A program made the translations under genes and the position numbers. A DNA stretch of 64,000 nt from Ophelia neglecta (lineage: Eukaryota). Below the pieces are notes generated by a model, which saw only the letters and a list, made by a program, of their open reading frames with translations, was not told the origin of the DNA and searched no databases. The stretch covers positions 137,392,001-137,456,000 of the forward strand of contig OZ260661.1 in the NCBI GenBank assembly GCA_965285935.1, read 5' to 3'. Positions 60,901 through 64,000 of this stretch are shown piece after piece; position 1 is the first letter of the stretch, and every line of letters starts with the position of its first letter.

Positions 60901-63541
60901 CTGTAACACAATTTCCATTCTCACAGGTTGTGGCGGTACAGCCGCTATTATCGGCTGCAATTTACAAAGTGGGGTAAGAAATGTATGTCATCCTATCTTC
61001 CTGTTAGAAACATTTATATTAGACAATTCTTTTAATAATGTGGTACAAATTACTAAGATATCCGAAAGAAACAATTGATGGAGAGTTCATGAAATAGATT
61101 AAAAATGTGTACGCCTCAGCCTTCAGTTATACGCCTTACCATTCGGTTATACGCCTCAAGTTAAGAAATGGGTCTGGTAAACGGTGGTAATTCATCGCAG
61201 TTCTTATATTGTTTACACATTACATCCTATAATACTCGACAGGTTAAAACATTGTTGATTTTTCTTACGTATTTCGCATTGGGAACCTGTCCAATCCGGG
61301 TAGCAGGTACACGAGTGGCCTGTCCCCACTGCTGTGCAGTAGCCGTTCTCACAGGGATTAATACGACAGTCAATATACGGGGCTAGGTGGGAAATCAGCC
61401 ATTACTTGATACTTGAACATTAAAAAGATTGATCTCACCATTGTTCAAAAAAGGCCATTTAGTAATGTACGCCCCAAACCAAATAGTTTGATTATACGTA
61501 GGTTGGCGTCCTTTGTAAAACATGCATTCCAAGAATAGTTAATATTTGCTTCCTTACGTTTTTAATTCAAAGGTTAATATTGGACAGCTGAAAGAAAAGC
61601 AGGAATGTTTGATTTGTTGATTTTCAAAACGTACGTATTTGACAATAAGGCCCGGAATAGGACGGGTAACAGTCACATGTCCAGTCTGCCCCGGTGCCAA
61701 CACATCTCCCGTACTGACAGGCGTCAAGCTGACAGGGTTGGCCGACGGCTACACAACACAAGTGTTTTAATCCATGATCGTTTATATACCAACAATATAA
61801 CAACAATATGCAGTATTTATTAAATATAAATTTTTCAACTGAATGTATAAATACTGTTATTGATAGCAGTGAACAGTGTCCATTTCAATGAAGAGCTTTT
61901 CAATAGGGAACAGCATTTAAATGCCCATACATCGAGCTTATACTGGTATCTACTAGTCTGCAGGTAATTGCCTTTGTCACCTAATGCAGACAGTAGGTGG
62001 ACAAATTGGTGGAGTCTGCTCTTTGAGAATACACGGACAATGTGTAAAATAGCTCTGTTCAGATTGAAAAGGTAGCATATTTGTCTGATATTACATGTAC
62101 AATTTAGGACCTACTAATCATTTCAGAATATATGATAATTTATTGTGAATTTCATGACATCATATGATATGGACAGTGTATACACAACACAATTCTTGAC
62201 CAGCAACGCCAAAAAAGTTCGCCATAGCAATAGTATTTTGTGGTTAGTAAAATATTCTATAGCAGTTCACTGCCAATTAATAATGACTTTAACTGTATGA
62301 TAGTGGTACTAGAAAATACATACGTATGTTACATTTGTATCCTCGATAGCCTGTGTCGCATTGACACATGGACATACTACTGTCACACACCCCGTTGATA
62401 CAATGGTTCTCATCACAACTCTGCCAGCCTATTTAAATAGAATGTACATCAACTTGAATGAAGTGTTGATTATTTAACAAAAACTTAAGGCTCGATAAAG
62501 GCTGGTTGATACGATATTTGTTTAGCTCAAGTACTACATGGGAGTCGTTTTCAGATGAAAACTATCGATATTTGTTTTCATTCGTGGATTACAAGATCAT
62601 TCATTGCAGGTAGATGTGTATTGGGCTGCGACTGGCATTTCTGATAATTTCGGACGGACTATTAACTTCTAGGTTAATTATTTAGCATTGTCCGGCGGGT
62701 ACCTACACCCGTTGTTTGTCCATAGTAGTAGTGATGTTAAAAGGCGATCATTGACTGAATATATCCTACACCCCAAAACTGTATTATAAAAGTATAATCA
62801 TAATCTATGTCTAGAAATAATTAGCAGTAGGGAACTTAATCTATGCCTGAAGTTAGCAATAAAGGACAGTTCTGGGGCCTTTATTTCTTTTCCCGTCATA
62901 GCGAAAAAGTACTTCGTGTCTTATATTTCCGCATTAAGCAGTTCTTTTCGGAAAAATACGAATCTTCCTTCTACACAAACATACTTAGAAAAAGGGCAGA
63001 CTACTTCTGCACCACTTGTTTTTGCAAACCTGGTTGTTTCAACTTAAGACAGGTTAAACTGGATTCACTTTAACAACCGATATATGATATATTATACACT
63101 GTCACCGATCACTAGAAATGGCATCTGCTGAAATTGAGTCATTTAAGAAGTCAATCAATATAATCGAAAGGTTAACGCAACACACAGCTAGATAGGGACA
63201 TTTAAACCACTGGTAATACGCATCACCAGTAACAGTTGCCCCCCCCCCCCCCCCCAGCCCACAAAAGAAAAAGAAATCTAAAAAATGTCATTCCAGTTAT
63301 ACCAAAGACAGTGGGTGTTTAATATGGGACTTATACATTCAGACTTAATACCGATTTATTGGAAACATGTTGTTTTACAGCAAACGTTTTGTGTCTAAGT
63401 CGCCTCTTGTCGAAAGCTTCTTACCTAATTCGCAGAAGTCACCAGTCCAGCCTGGAAAGCAGTCCACACACTTGTACACGCCTGAAACACTCTGGCAATC
63501 GCCGCCATTTAAACATTGTTCACCTGTATTACAAGAGCCGC
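51657..63541 (-). CDS. Gene C (5' part outside window): 15 EGF-like modules followed by a C-terminal jacalin-like domain
   Basis: Exons in transcript order: 63425-63541, 62324-62428, 61635-61748, 61269-61382, 60841-60954, 60269-60382, 59955-60068, 57408-57524, 56686-56802, 56261-56380, 55855-55962, 55511-55630, 55097-55207, 54478-54594, 53789-53905, then lectin exons 53009-53159, 52575-52752, 51657-51809 (TAA). All GT-AG with an open frame. TM exons are presumed to lie beyond 64000 by paralogy. Confidence 0.9.
52098..52320. mobile_element. Family 2 MITE
   Basis: GGTCTGGTTTCTGGAAG...CTTAAGACCTCTTCCAGAAACCGGGCCC. Confidence 0.65.
58020..58562 (-). mobile_element. 3' fragment of a non-LTR retrotransposon ORF2 (C-terminal Cys-His region) inside a gene C intron
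   Basis: 'LRSYYLYK..' then 'AQFRLGGRQLEIETGRYIRPRNPPECRLCHRC..RDELHVL', typical of the LINE ORF2 C-terminus; disrupted by a stop. Confidence 0.8.
59019..59441. mobile_element. Palindromic non-autonomous DNA transposon with TAG..CTA termini and 3-bp TSD (Academ-like)
   Basis: ATA|TAGCCCGGCAGATAAG...CTTATCTGCCGGGCTA|ATA. Long imperfect arms include AGCACCATATTTGG/CCAAATTTGGTGCT, CCGTTAGCCAC/GTGGCTAACGG and AAAATGGC/GCCATTTT. Confidence 0.82.
60411..60550. mobile_element. Family 1 MITE, partial
   Basis: GAACCTGTGAATTAAGACCA...TTAGTGATCTGAATT...GGTGGTCT; right TIR is missing. Confidence 0.7.
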
Positions 63542-64000
63542 CTGCAAGAAAAAATCAGATGTCAATATTTTTCGAAATCACGTTTTTACGGCGCAGTTTT
63601 CCTTAGCAGAAACTCAGTTTCGGGTCTGTTGCTATTCAGGAAATAATAACCATGAATCGTTTTCATAATTAGGAAAACAAATTTACAAGGATTTATATTG
63701 TTGGTCAAAGATTGATGGAACGTTGTTCATAATGAACTTATAATAATGTCCAATTATCGAACGTGTGCAAAATAAAATGAATTCTTGCTGTATTTAACGT
63801 GTTGAGCTCCGGTGACGTCACATATCTAATATACTTACTGGAGTAACACGATTCCCCGGTGCTCCGGCAGTAACCAAAAACGCAGTCGTTATTGGGGCAC
63901 GTGAAACCTGAATGTTGAAAACTAGTAACTAGTACAAAGTGGAAATTAGCATTTGCTAATGCGCCCTTGGTTAATAAATTGGGCTCATAAAGTACACGAA

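Noticed and set aside
1-64000. tRNA, rRNA or other structured RNA genes
   Set aside because: None recognised by eye; a tRNAscan-SE/Infernal run would be needed to exclude them.

Overview
AT-rich eukaryotic (animal, probably marine invertebrate) genomic DNA, not prokaryotic. Most ORF-track entries are exon fragments or noise. Splicing by hand on GT-AG boundaries gives a cluster of three paralogous multi-exon genes for type II membrane proteins (cytoplasmic N-terminus, one TM helix, one EGF-like module per phase-1 exon). Gene A (minus, ~5009-17419, ~840 aa) has TM + 14 EGF/EB-like modules + a C-terminal jacalin-like (beta-prism I, ZG16-like) domain. Gene B (plus, 34339-~48105, ~605 aa) has a cytoplasmic tyrosine ladder, TM and 12 EGF modules, and apparently no lectin head. 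Gene C (minus, 51657 to beyond 64000) has 15 EGF modules + a jacalin-like domain. Its first 12 EGF exons are collinear with gene B in inverted orientation. Both lectin heads lack the canonical mannose-binding Asp and differ strongly from each other. Three introns of gene A contain tandem copies of the upstream exon end plus its 5' splice site. The rest is decayed LINEs, at least five MITE-like families and minisatellites. All gene models are manual; no database searches or RNA data were available.
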